A DNA stretch of 61,720 nt from an uncultured Clostridia bacterium (GTDB taxonomy: Bacteria > Bacillota > Clostridia > TANB77 > CAG-508): positions 1 to 61,720 of the forward strand of contig CANQAH010000002.1 in the NCBI GenBank assembly GCA_947588885.1, in the 5' to 3' direction. Position numbers and translations under genes: made by a program. Under the pieces are notes generated by a model that was not told the DNA's origin, did no database searches, and worked only from the letters and a program-made list of their open reading frames with translations. Within the stretch, counting starts at the first letter, position 1. Each line of letters begins with the position of its first letter. Below, one piece after another: positions 40,704 through 49,290 of the stretch.

Positions 40704-41012
40704 ATGAAAGAAGATTTTGATATAGAAGTATTTAAAAAAAAATATTATGAAGAAAAAAAGATAGATATATACAAATATTTGAATGAAGAAGTACTAAACA
40801 TTTTAAAAAAGATGGATATAATTATAGAAAATAAATTATATACTGAGAATGAGTACGATATAATTGAAGAAAAAATATTGGAATTTTATAGTGACTTTAG
40901 TGATGAAGAAATAAAGCCAATAAAGTTATTATCCAAGATAGGAGTTTCATTAAAAGAATATAAAAAGATATTAAATATTTTTAATCAAATTTCCAAAGAT
41001 TATGATATCTAA
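40704..41012 (+). CDS. hypothetical acidic protein
   Basis: ATG after GGAGGG. Divergent from the XRE gene. Confidence 0.35.
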   Translation: MKEDFDIEVFKKKYYEEKKIDIYKYLNEEVLNILKKMDIIIENKLYTENEYDIIEEKILEFYSDFSDEEIKPIKLLSKIGVSLKEYKKILNIFNQISKDYDI

Positions 41013-41041
41013 AAAATAGCAGGTGAAGCTTATTTCATCAC
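41006..41041. terminator. bidirectional terminator
   Basis: TAGCAGGTGA-N11-TCACCTGCTA flanked by A/T runs. Confidence 0.7.
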
Positions 41042-41054
41042 CTGCTATTTCTTA

Positions 41055-41768
41055 TTATACTTTATCAATATTATTTATTATTCGTATTATGATTTCTTTT
41101 AGGGATGGTTTATATATAAATTTATAACCAAGAAATTTAGATAGAGTTTCTTCATCACAATCATAATACATGTTTGTTGTGGCTCTAATAATATTCGTTT
41201 TTATTGAGTTTATAGACTTATGATATTTATTGGCAATTATTGGATATATTTGCTTATTAAGATTTATATTATTTAGAGAACGAATCATTGAACATAAATA
41301 AATGCAGTCTGATAAATATTTTGTTCCTACGTATGAAAAGTTGTACTTTATTTTTTTCATTTCATTATTAATTTTTTCTATTTTGGTGATATTAGTATAA
41401 TTCATAATATCTTGCAATTCTTTCTTTAAATTATAGAAATTATCAGATATGCATATATATCTTGATTTAAATTGCCTTTTAATTATTTTGGAATTGACAA
41501 TTGGGCTTATTGATATGTTAATTACAGAATTATAGTATTTATTCAATTTATGTATTTCTATATAATCTAATATTATATCCGAGGATATATTTTTAGAATT
41601 ATAATCTATTATTATTATATCAGGTACACAAGAACTTATTGTTTTTAATGATCCTTCTTGTGTATTATTTATAGCATATAATCTACAATTACTTATTTCT
41701 GCTGATACATAGTTAACGATCTTATATATAAGACTTAAATTTTCTCCAATAAATAGTATATTGTACAT
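41055..41768 (-). CDS. Spo0A-like regulator: degenerate receiver domain + Spo0A C-terminal DNA-binding domain
   Basis: Start at the ATG after AGGAGG (track start 41939 rejected). The C-terminal YVGTKYLSDCIYL...IYPIIANKYHKSINSIKTNIIRA...YKPSLKEII is colinear with Spo0A_C (KGYLYL..LYPDIAKKF..VERAIRHAI..KPTNSEFI). Confidence 0.6.
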   Translation of the reverse strand: MYNILFIGENLSLIYKIVNYVSAEISNCRLYAINNTQEGSLKTISSCVPDIIIIDYNSKNISSDIILDYIEIHKLNKYYNSVINISISPIVNSKIIKRQFKSRYICISDNFYNLKKELQDIMNYTNITKIEKINNEMKKIKYNFSYVGTKYLSDCIYLCSMIRSLNNINLNKQIYPIIANKYHKSINSIKTNIIRATTNMYYDCDEETLSKFLGYKFIYKPSLKEIIIRIINNIDKV

Positions 41769-42002
41769 AATTATCCTCCTATTTATTAGATAAAAGTAGA
41801 AAGAAATTTGGTTACAAAAATGTGGAAAATTTTGTAAAAAAATGTTGGATTTTGACGATGCAAATATTTTTTTAGATATAGAATTGTAGAGGAATTTTTT
41901 GTAATGATGAAAAACATATTTGCATGTTTGATAAAACATTATGATATTAATAGTATTTATCTATGTAATATGTTATAATTTGTGGAGGGGGATATTATTT
42001 AG

Positions 42003-42215
42003 ATGGAGTATAGAACGATAAAACAACAAGATATCACTAAAATAAAAATAAATGGTGAATTATTAAGCGTATTAAAAAGAAATAAAATAAGAATTATTTC
42101 ACAACTTTGTAATAAAACTAAAAAACAGTTAAAAGAATTTGGGATTAAACAAAGTGATATTAAGCAAATTGAAATTGAATTAGAGTTGTTAGGATTGGAT
42201 TTAAAAAATGACTAA
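42003..42215 (+). CDS. stand-alone RNA polymerase alpha C-terminal-domain-like protein (70 aa)
   Basis: LLSVLKRNKIRIISQLCNKTKKQLKEFGIKQSDIKQIEIELELLGLDLKND parallels the RpoA CTD ([53 protein letters not shown]). Confidence 0.55.
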   Translation: MEYRTIKQQDITKIKINGELLSVLKRNKIRIISQLCNKTKKQLKEFGIKQSDIKQIEIELELLGLDLKND

Positions 42216-42383
42216 TTTTTTTGGATAATAAAATAATTTAAGTTTATAACATAGAATTAGAAAGAAAACGACAGAAATAAGTATAAAAATAATTGTTCTA
42301 AATTGATAAATACTAATATGACTATAACAGAACAATTAATATGAATGATTATAGAAATAAGTATAGTTAAGATTAAGAAAAAT

Positions 42384-42419
42384 AAAAGCAGGGTTATATA
42401 AAATTACCCTGCTTTTTAT
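42384..42419. terminator. bidirectional terminator
   Basis: AAAAGCAGGGT-N11-ACCCTGCTTTT. Confidence 0.7.
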
Positions 42420-42899
42420 TTATATGAAATTATACATATTAATTACTTTATTTCCGATTACATTATTTATATAATTTACGCATAATGCTATAAAGTATTT
42501 TGTGCTTGGGTTTCTACCATCGTAATTTTCGTGAAAATACTCATTAAGAATTTCTGAAGAAGAAAATCTATACATAGAGTGTAATGAGTAATCTATTTCG
42601 GCTCGTATTGTTTCCTTCTTTATATTTAATTCCTTAGATATTATTTCAATTAATTTTTTATTTGTATAGATTAATTTTTGATCTGTATACGCTAAAATGA
42701 TTGCGTATTTCAAGTAAAATGTTCCTTTTGAACTTTGATTAAATCCTAGTTTCCAAAACAGCGTATCAATAAATTTTACTAAAGTAGAATCTTGAACTAA
42801 ATTGGCATTTTGAATTTTATTTATGTCTAATTGATTATTTGCATGAATATCCGCTGATTTAGAAATTCCATTATATTCTTTAGCAATACAATAAAGCAT
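42420..42899 (-). CDS. Spo0A C-terminal-domain-like DNA-binding protein (no receiver domain)
   Basis: KLGFNQSSKGTFYLKYAIILAY...LIEIISKELNIKKETIRAEIDYSLH...PSTKYFIAL follows the Spo0A_C helix pattern. Confidence 0.45.
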   Translation of the reverse strand: MLYCIAKEYNGISKSADIHANNQLDINKIQNANLVQDSTLVKFIDTLFWKLGFNQSSKGTFYLKYAIILAYTDQKLIYTNKKLIEIISKELNIKKETIRAEIDYSLHSMYRFSSSEILNEYFHENYDGRNPSTKYFIALCVNYINNVIGNKVINMYNFI

Positions 42900-43308
42900 A
42901 ATGTACCTCCTAGCAAAATATTTTACAAATTATGGAAATATTATATCACTTTAATAGCACTAAATCAATAATTTTTAAAAAATTTACATAATATTAAAAC
43001 TCGAATTTACAATATTCGACAAAATTTTAAGATTTTTTTTTACTTTTAACAATTTATTTTTATTTTACCAAATATAAATGTAGAGATAATACTATGATTG
43101 TGGCTTTTATATCAAAGTAATTTGAGAGGCTACAAAAGAAGTTAGAAAAATATGTGAAAAAATATATTTAGGAAACTTTTAATTTTTTTATTTGGAGGTG
43201 ATTATAATGTGTGTTTAATAATTTAATGTAAGATGGAAGAATAATATACAATGTTTTCCTCTTAATTTGCTTTGGTGTATGGACCAATTCAAATTTGGAG
43301 GTGCGTAT

Positions 43309-43731
43309 ATGTACAAGTTAAGTATTAATGAAAGAGCATATTTAAAAAAAATAGTAATGTACACAAGAAAAGAGTATTTAAATAAAAACAAGTATATTTA
43401 TATAGAAGAAAATATAGATACAATAGATGAAAAATTTTTAGTATCTATTGAGAATGTCGAAATTAATTTTGAAATTAAGAGTGATATGGACATTTCGTCT
43501 ACTCAAATGGAAAAAGTATTTAGTGATGAAAAAATAAGCAGAATTGTTGAAACACTAACTTTGCGTGAAAAGTTGGTGCTTTTTTTATATTATTTTGAAG
43601 GGAAAACAGATGCTGCTATTGGAAAAGCATTAAATATAAAGGGAGATACTGCAAGAAAAATTAGAGTAAGGACAATAGAAAAGATAAAAAAACAGTACCA
43701 AATAAAGAAAGGAATGAATGAAAATGTTTAA
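43309..43731 (+). CDS. small sigma-70 region-4 protein (sigma-like)
   Basis: ATG after GGAGGTG. LTLREKLVLFLYYFEGKTDAAIGKALNIKGDTARKIRVRTIEKIKK is a region 4.2 HTH. Confidence 0.55.
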   Translation: MYKLSINERAYLKKIVMYTRKEYLNKNKYIYIEENIDTIDEKFLVSIENVEINFEIKSDMDISSTQMEKVFSDEKISRIVETLTLREKLVLFLYYFEGKTDAAIGKALNIKGDTARKIRVRTIEKIKKQYQIKKGMNENV

Positions 43732-43897
43732 CAATTTTAACTTATCAGATGATGATGTAATAGAAATTATGGTTGAATATAGAAACCTAATAAGTAAATA
43801 TAGTAGAATAAATGGTATAGAAAATGATGACTTAAAACAAGAAATTTTGCTTAATATATATAAGACTTTAACTAAAAACAGAGAAAATATAAAATAG
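43724..43897 (+). CDS. small protein (57 aa), possibly a sigma region-2-like partner
   Basis: Overlaps the previous stop. Below the track cutoff, so speculative. Confidence 0.3.
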   Translation: MFNNFNLSDDDVIEIMVEYRNLISKYSRINGIENDDLKQEILLNIYKTLTKNRENIK

Positions 43898-43965
43898 TTG
43901 TAACTAAAAAATAAAAAAAATAAATCTAATAGTTAAAAGAAGTTAGTAAGGAAAGAAGAATAGAA

Positions 43966-44496
43966 GTGAATAAAGATTTAATAGAAAAATCAAAAAAAGG
44001 AAATAAAGAAGCTTTTACAGAATTAATATTAAGCATTAATAATGATTTATATAAAATTGCTAAAGCAAGATTAAATAATGATGCTGATATAGATGATGCT
44101 ATACAAGAAACAATGATATCGGCATTTAAATCAATAAAAAAATTAAAAAATAATGATTTTTTTAAGACGTGGATAATAAAAATTTTAATTAATAAGTGTA
44201 ATCTTATTTATAATGAAAACAAAAAACATGATAAAGTTATTGAAAAAGATAAAGTTGAATTTGAGATAAATGGAACTAATTCTGAAGAAATAGAAAGTAA
44301 TATTGACTTTTACATATTAATAGAATGTTTGAATTATGAAGAAAGAATTGTATTGATTTTATATTATGTTTATGAATACACAACCAAAGCAATTAGTAAA
44401 ATTTTAAAAATATCAGAAAGTTCTGTAAAATCAAGATTAGTTCGTGGTAGGGAAAAAATAAAAAATAGTCTGAAAGGAGGAAAAAAGTATGAATAA
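43966..44496 (+). CDS. ECF-type sigma-70 family sigma factor
   Basis: Region 2 (DADIDDAIQETMISAFKSIKKLKNNDFFKTWIIKILINKC) and region 4 (ERIVLILYYVYEYTTKAISKILKISESSVKSRLVRGREKIK). Confidence 0.8.
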   Translation: MNKDLIEKSKKGNKEAFTELILSINNDLYKIAKARLNNDADIDDAIQETMISAFKSIKKLKNNDFFKTWIIKILINKCNLIYNENKKHDKVIEKDKVEFEINGTNSEEIESNIDFYILIECLNYEERIVLILYYVYEYTTKAISKILKISESSVKSRLVRGREKIKNSLKGGKKYE

Positions 44497-45673
44497 TAAT
44501 ATAGATAAATATATAAAAGAGATATTATCAAAAGAACTTTATGTACCAAATCATTATACTAATGCTATTAAAGAAGCTTTATATAAAAAAGAGAAGAAAA
44601 AAAATATTAAAAATAAAAAAATATATCGTTATATTGTTGCTATAGCAAGTTGTATTATATTAGTTTTTGGTAGTGTTTTTGCAAAAGATATTGTGAAAAA
44701 TATAAAAAGTTTCTTTAATATGAATGAAGGAATTGATACAGCAATTAAAAATAATTATATTGAAGAGATAAATATGGAATATATAAATTCAAACAAAACA
44801 AAGTTAAAAATTGACTATATGTTAATGGATGACTATAATCTAAATTTATCATTTTGTATAAAAATAGAAGATGATAAGATTAAAATTAATGATATAACCC
44901 AAATAAGTTTTTCTAATATGATAATTACAGATGAAGAACATAAAATACTGTATTGTAACGATAAAGATAGATTTAATGAATACTGTAAAAATAATAATTT
45001 ACAATTAACTTTTAATGAATTCAATGAAAAATATATAAATAGTGAGATAAACTATTATATAAAAAATAAAAATCAAGAAAATCAAGAAATTAATGTGGTA
45101 TATAATTTGGCCTCTGAGATGTATCCGAAGAGCAAGAAGTTATATGTAGAAATTTCCCAAATATCGGTAGAAAAAGAAAATACTAGTGTAAAAATAAATG
45201 GAGATTGGAAAATACAAATTGATGTACCGGATATATTCTATAATAGGGAAAATATGATATATAAAGTGAAAAATTGTAGTAATTCAAATATTAACGTTAC
45301 TAGTGCAGTCATAAATGATACATGCTTGAAAATAGAATTAATGACAGAAGAAGAAGGAATATATGAAGATTCGGATAGTGATGAACTTAAAGAGGAAAAA
45401 ATAAAAGAATATGTGAATTCAATCATTAAAGAACGAGAATTAGGTAATGGAATTGAACCTATATTTACAGATATGTATGTAGAAAATGAAAAAGGAGAAA
45501 AATTTTATCCAATAAGAAGCAATAGTGAAGATGAAGGATATAATAAAACTTTTACAGGAAATATAAAGTTTTGGCAAACATTTTCTTTAACAAAATATGA
45601 TGCAACCAATATTGTGAAAGTTTACTTAACATATAAAGAAGAAAATATTGAAATAGAATTAGAAAGAAAATAA
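44489..45673 (+). CDS. single-pass membrane protein, probable anti-sigma factor (DUF4179-like)
   Basis: Overlaps the sigma gene's stop. A short cytoplasmic N terminus, one TM helix and a large extracytoplasmic domain. Confidence 0.55.
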   Translation: MNNNIDKYIKEILSKELYVPNHYTNAIKEALYKKEKKKNIKNKKIYRYIVAIASCIILVFGSVFAKDIVKNIKSFFNMNEGIDTAIKNNYIEEINMEYINSNKTKLKIDYMLMDDYNLNLSFCIKIEDDKIKINDITQISFSNMIITDEEHKILYCNDKDRFNEYCKNNNLQLTFNEFNEKYINSEINYYIKNKNQENQEINVVYNLASEMYPKSKKLYVEISQISVEKENTSVKINGDWKIQIDVPDIFYNRENMIYKVKNCSNSNINVTSAVINDTCLKIELMTEEEGIYEDSDSDELKEEKIKEYVNSIIKERELGNGIEPIFTDMYVENEKGEKFYPIRSNSEDEGYNKTFTGNIKFWQTFSLTKYDATNIVKVYLTYKEENIEIELERK

Positions 45674-45679
45674 ATAATT

Positions 45680-45703
45680 TGTATCTTTTGTATCTTTTGT
45701 AAC
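45680..45703 (+). promoter_or_regulatory. three 9-bp-phased TGTATC/TGTAAC direct repeats upstream of gene 45833
   Basis: TGTATCTTTTGTATCTTTTGTAAC, immediately after the anti-sigma gene's stop. Confidence 0.4.
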
Positions 45704-45832
45704 AAAAACAATATAATACGATAAAATTATATATAGCATTTGGACTATTAGTCAAAATTATATGAGTATTTAAACTATATCAATATAGTTTAAATAAGTG
45801 AGGGATAAGAAAATTATATTTTAGGAGGCATT

Positions 45833-46336
45833 ATGATGAAAAACACATGTATTAAAAAGCGGTTCATAGCAATCTGCTTAGTTCTTATCTTTACTTTAAG
45901 TACGTTATGTAGCACGAATGCATTTGCTGCAGGACAATCTGAGATTATGCCTTTATCAGGAACAGAGACATTGCCAGCAGGTGAATATTATATTGGGGAA
46001 TTTACATTTACTGATACAAATATAACACCTGTAAAAACTATTGGCGGAGCTTCGGGAAGTAAAACGGTATGGTTCTTTATTGATTTAAAAAAGGCAGATT
46101 CTTATTCAGGTAACATTAAAGTTACAGTGGAGATAAGGAATGCAAACACACAAGCAGTTATTGCAGAAGAAGTATTTCCACTTTCAGGAACAGCCTGGGA
46201 TACCAGTCCAATTATGAAGGTGACATTAAATCAGGGCGACAAAATACAGCTTTGGTTTGATGCTAGCAGCATTGGAACATCGCCTGGATATTACCGAAAA
46301 GCATCTGTAAAATTAACATCTGTTGTAGAAAAGTAA
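45833..46336 (+). CDS. small secreted protein (167 aa) of unknown function
   Basis: RBS AGGAGG. Signal peptide ending in NAFAAG. GC-richer than its neighbours. Confidence 0.65.
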   Translation: MMKNTCIKKRFIAICLVLIFTLSTLCSTNAFAAGQSEIMPLSGTETLPAGEYYIGEFTFTDTNITPVKTIGGASGSKTVWFFIDLKKADSYSGNIKVTVEIRNANTQAVIAEEVFPLSGTAWDTSPIMKVTLNQGDKIQLWFDASSIGTSPGYYRKASVKLTSVVEK

Positions 46337-46380
46337 ATAAAAAAATTCTTATCCCTCATGTCCAGAAAGCTTAGTATGGG

Positions 46381-46418
46381 AAAGAACACCAAGAATGAAA
46401 TCTTGGTGTTCTTTTTTT
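46381..46418 (+). terminator. rho-independent terminator
   Basis: AAAGAACACCAAGA-N6-TCTTGGTGTTCTTT followed by a T run. Confidence 0.8.
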
Positions 46419-46687
46419 GTAACAAGAAAAATAATTTGTCCGAATTGAAATTTTTAATTACATATTAACTATTGAAGGGAGATGAAAAGAATGATTATAA
46501 AAGGAATTAAAGATTATATTAGTGAAAGGCAAAAAGAAAAAAATGCTAGAAAACGAATTGAAGATTTTAAGAAGAAAATTAGAGAATGGAATAAAAAACA
46601 AAATGAAAATGAGAAAAAAATCTCATTAGTTTTGTCGAGATCTTAAAATGATAGCAAAAAATCAAACTAAAGTTAGGAGTATATGTA

Positions 46688-47116
46688 ATGTCTAATAGCC
46701 AAAGAATAAAAGATTTATATTTTAAAGATGGATTAAAACAAGTAGAGATTGCAAAGAAGTTAGGTATATCTAAAAATACAGTTTCGAAGACTTTAAAAAA
46801 TACAAATGAATATATTGAAGAGAAAGAATTAAGAAAAAGAAAGTCGAGAGAAAGGCATAGTAAAAATACTCAAAAGATTATAAAACAACAAAGAGAAAAA
46901 GTTAAATTAAAGAAAGATGAAGATGATTTAATATTAAGAAAAATGCATAATCAAGCATCAATGGAATTATCTAAAAATAATAAATTATCAGATATGGCTT
47001 ATAGAGATTGGAATACAAGTGCATATAAGTATAACAGTGCTAAGAAAAGATTTGAATTCAGAGAAGAACTTGGAAGAAGTTATGATGTAAAAAAATTTTT
47101 GAAAGGAAGTATATAA
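46688..47116 (+). CDS. HTH DNA-binding protein of the integration module
   Basis: N-terminal KDGLKQVEIAKKLGISKNTVSKTLK helix-turn-helix and a basic middle region. Confidence 0.55.
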   Translation: MSNSQRIKDLYFKDGLKQVEIAKKLGISKNTVSKTLKNTNEYIEEKELRKRKSRERHSKNTQKIIKQQREKVKLKKDEDDLILRKMHNQASMELSKNNKLSDMAYRDWNTSAYKYNSAKKRFEFREELGRSYDVKKFLKGSI

Positions 47117-47407
47117 ATGTTTTTGATGGGACTAATTATAGGAGGAATACTAGCAGTTGCAATATATGCTTGTTTTATTGGATCAAAAGACGATAAAAAT
47201 GATTATATAGAAGAATTAAATTATAGTAGAGAGGAAGCAAAAGCTTATGCTACAGTTGCAATATATAGTTTGCAAAATAGTGCTAATGGAGAAAATAAAT
47301 TAAAAGATATTACACTGGATGAAATAGAGCGAGAAATAGATGTTATGTTAAATATCTATAGTAAAGAAAAAATAATTGCTGCTGCAAAAAGAGCAAAAAA
47401 CATATAA
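47117..47407 (+). CDS. small membrane-anchored protein
   Basis: One N-terminal TM helix. Lies directly after the previous stop codon. Confidence 0.4.
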   Translation: MFLMGLIIGGILAVAIYACFIGSKDDKNDYIEELNYSREEAKAYATVAIYSLQNSANGENKLKDITLDEIEREIDVMLNIYSKEKIIAAAKRAKNI

Positions 47408-47447
47408 TATTTTAAAAATATGTTCATACAATTTGTTAGGTGGTTTT

Positions 47448-47582
47448 ATGTCAGAAATAAATAAAAAAAAGGAAAAGACTACTAAAGACAAAGAGTTGAA
47501 AATATTTGTAACATTTAATAAAGAAGGAGATTGCTTTCAGGATATTATAGAAAGAATTTTAATAAGTAAAATTATAAATTAA
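47448..47582 (+). CDS. small basic protein (44 aa)
   Basis: ATG after a GGTGG-like RBS. Lies just upstream of the recombinases, so it is a possible accessory or directionality factor. Speculative. Confidence 0.3.
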   Translation: MSEINKKKEKTTKDKELKIFVTFNKEGDCFQDIIERILISKIIN

Positions 47583-47657
47583 TTAGTGTTCAACTTGATA
47601 TTGATACTTAAATAAAATATTATGTTTTTAGTGTTATATCCGAGAGTTGGAGGAAAG

Positions 47658-49290
47658 ATGAACATTGAAAAGATAAATAGTCAAACTTATAGTGTAGCAC
47701 TATATATGAGATTGAGTAAGGAGGATTATAAAAAGGGAGAAAGCGAAAGTATTTCTAATCAAAGAAAAATCTTAAATTTATTTCTAAAAGAAAATAAAAA
47801 CTTCAAATTATATGATGAATATATTGATGATGGCTTTACAGGGACAAACTTCGATAGACCGTCCTTTAAAAGAATGTTAAAAGATATTGAAGATAAAAAA
47901 GTTAATTTAGTTTTAACCAAAAGTTTAGCGAGGTTTGGGAGAGATTACATAGATGGAGGAAGATTTATAGAGGATTATTTTGCTGAACATGAAATAAGGT
48001 TCATTGCTGTTTTAGATGATGTGGATACATTTTTGGATAAAAATTGTGATACTGTTGCTATAAAAAATATAATAAATGATTCATTTGCACGTGATACATC
48101 AAAAAATGTAAAGAAAACTAAAAACAATAAAAAGAAAGAAGGATTCTACTATATTTCTGTTGCACCTTTTGGATATAAAAAGATTGACAAAGCGGGACAT
48201 CTTGAAATTGATAGAAATCAAGCTGAAATTATTAAGAGAATTTATAAGCTTTTTTTAAGTGGTATGGGAACATATCAAATAGCTTGTTTACTAAATGCGG
48301 AAAAAATATTAACGCCACGGATTAATGATGGATATGAGTAATGTCAGAAAAAATAAAACAGCAATTACTGATAAATGGAGACATACTACTGTAAAAAGAA
48401 TATTAACTAATCCTATATACATTGGAAAATGTGTACAGAATAAAACTAGAAAAATTAGTTATAAGAGCAAAAGAATAATTGCACTATCTGAGGATGAATA
48501 TACAATTACAGAAAATCATCATGAACCAATAATTGATGAAATAACGTTCAATTCAGTACAAAAAATATTTGAAAATCATAGTAACTTAAAAAGAGGAACA
48601 GATGATCCATTATTGAAATCATTACTTTATTGTTCACATTGTCATAACAAATTGTATATTGTAAAAAAGCAAGATAAGTATAAGGATAATGTTACTATTA
48701 GGAGATATGTTAAATGTGCAACGGCTTCAAGAAAAATATCTAATAAAACCTGTTATAACCAATATATAAATTATAAAGTGCTAGAACAACAGGTATTAGA
48801 TAAAATATCGGAGGTATTAGAACAGTATTTGAATTCAACAGCTTTTAATGATAAAAAAGCTATAGAAAAGTTAGTTGAAAATAGTAATACATTTGCAAAA
48901 TTAGAAAAACAAGATGAACAAATAAAAATTGAAATTGATATTTTAAGTAAGAAATTAAAAACTTTATATAGTGATAGACTTAATGGAATAATTGAAGAGC
49001 AAGATTACATTGAATTTTCTAATTCTTTAGTGGCTCAAAGGAAAACATTAGAAACAACAGAAAAGGAAATAGAAAACGAGATGAAAGATTTTGATATTGT
49101 AGAAAAAAATGAGATGATGCGTAATGAAATGAAAAATCTATTTAGAAAAGTACTTAATAATAAGGATTATACAAAAGAGATATTACAACAATTAGTAAAT
49201 AAAATAGAAATAGACAAAGATAAAAATGTATTCATTCACTTTGCTTTTAAAGAACTTAATTATTGTGGAGGATATATAAATGCAGAATAA
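47658..49290 (+). CDS. large serine recombinase 1, with a +1 frame break at in-frame CGG (48318-48320)
   Basis: join(47658..48317,48319..49290). Resolvase domain (ALYMRLSKED..SISNQR...DDGFTGTNFDRP...RFGRD), then ...AEKILTP|GLMMDMSNV...WRHTTVKRILTNPIYIGK, a zinc ribbon (CSHCHNKLY) and a coiled coil. Confidence 0.8.

Noticed and set aside
41769-41939. The 57-codon N-terminal extension of the Spo0A-like ORF.
   Set aside because: AGGAGG-N6-ATG at 41768 gives a receiver-like N terminus (MYNILFIGE...). The upstream part is AT-rich promoter-like sequence.
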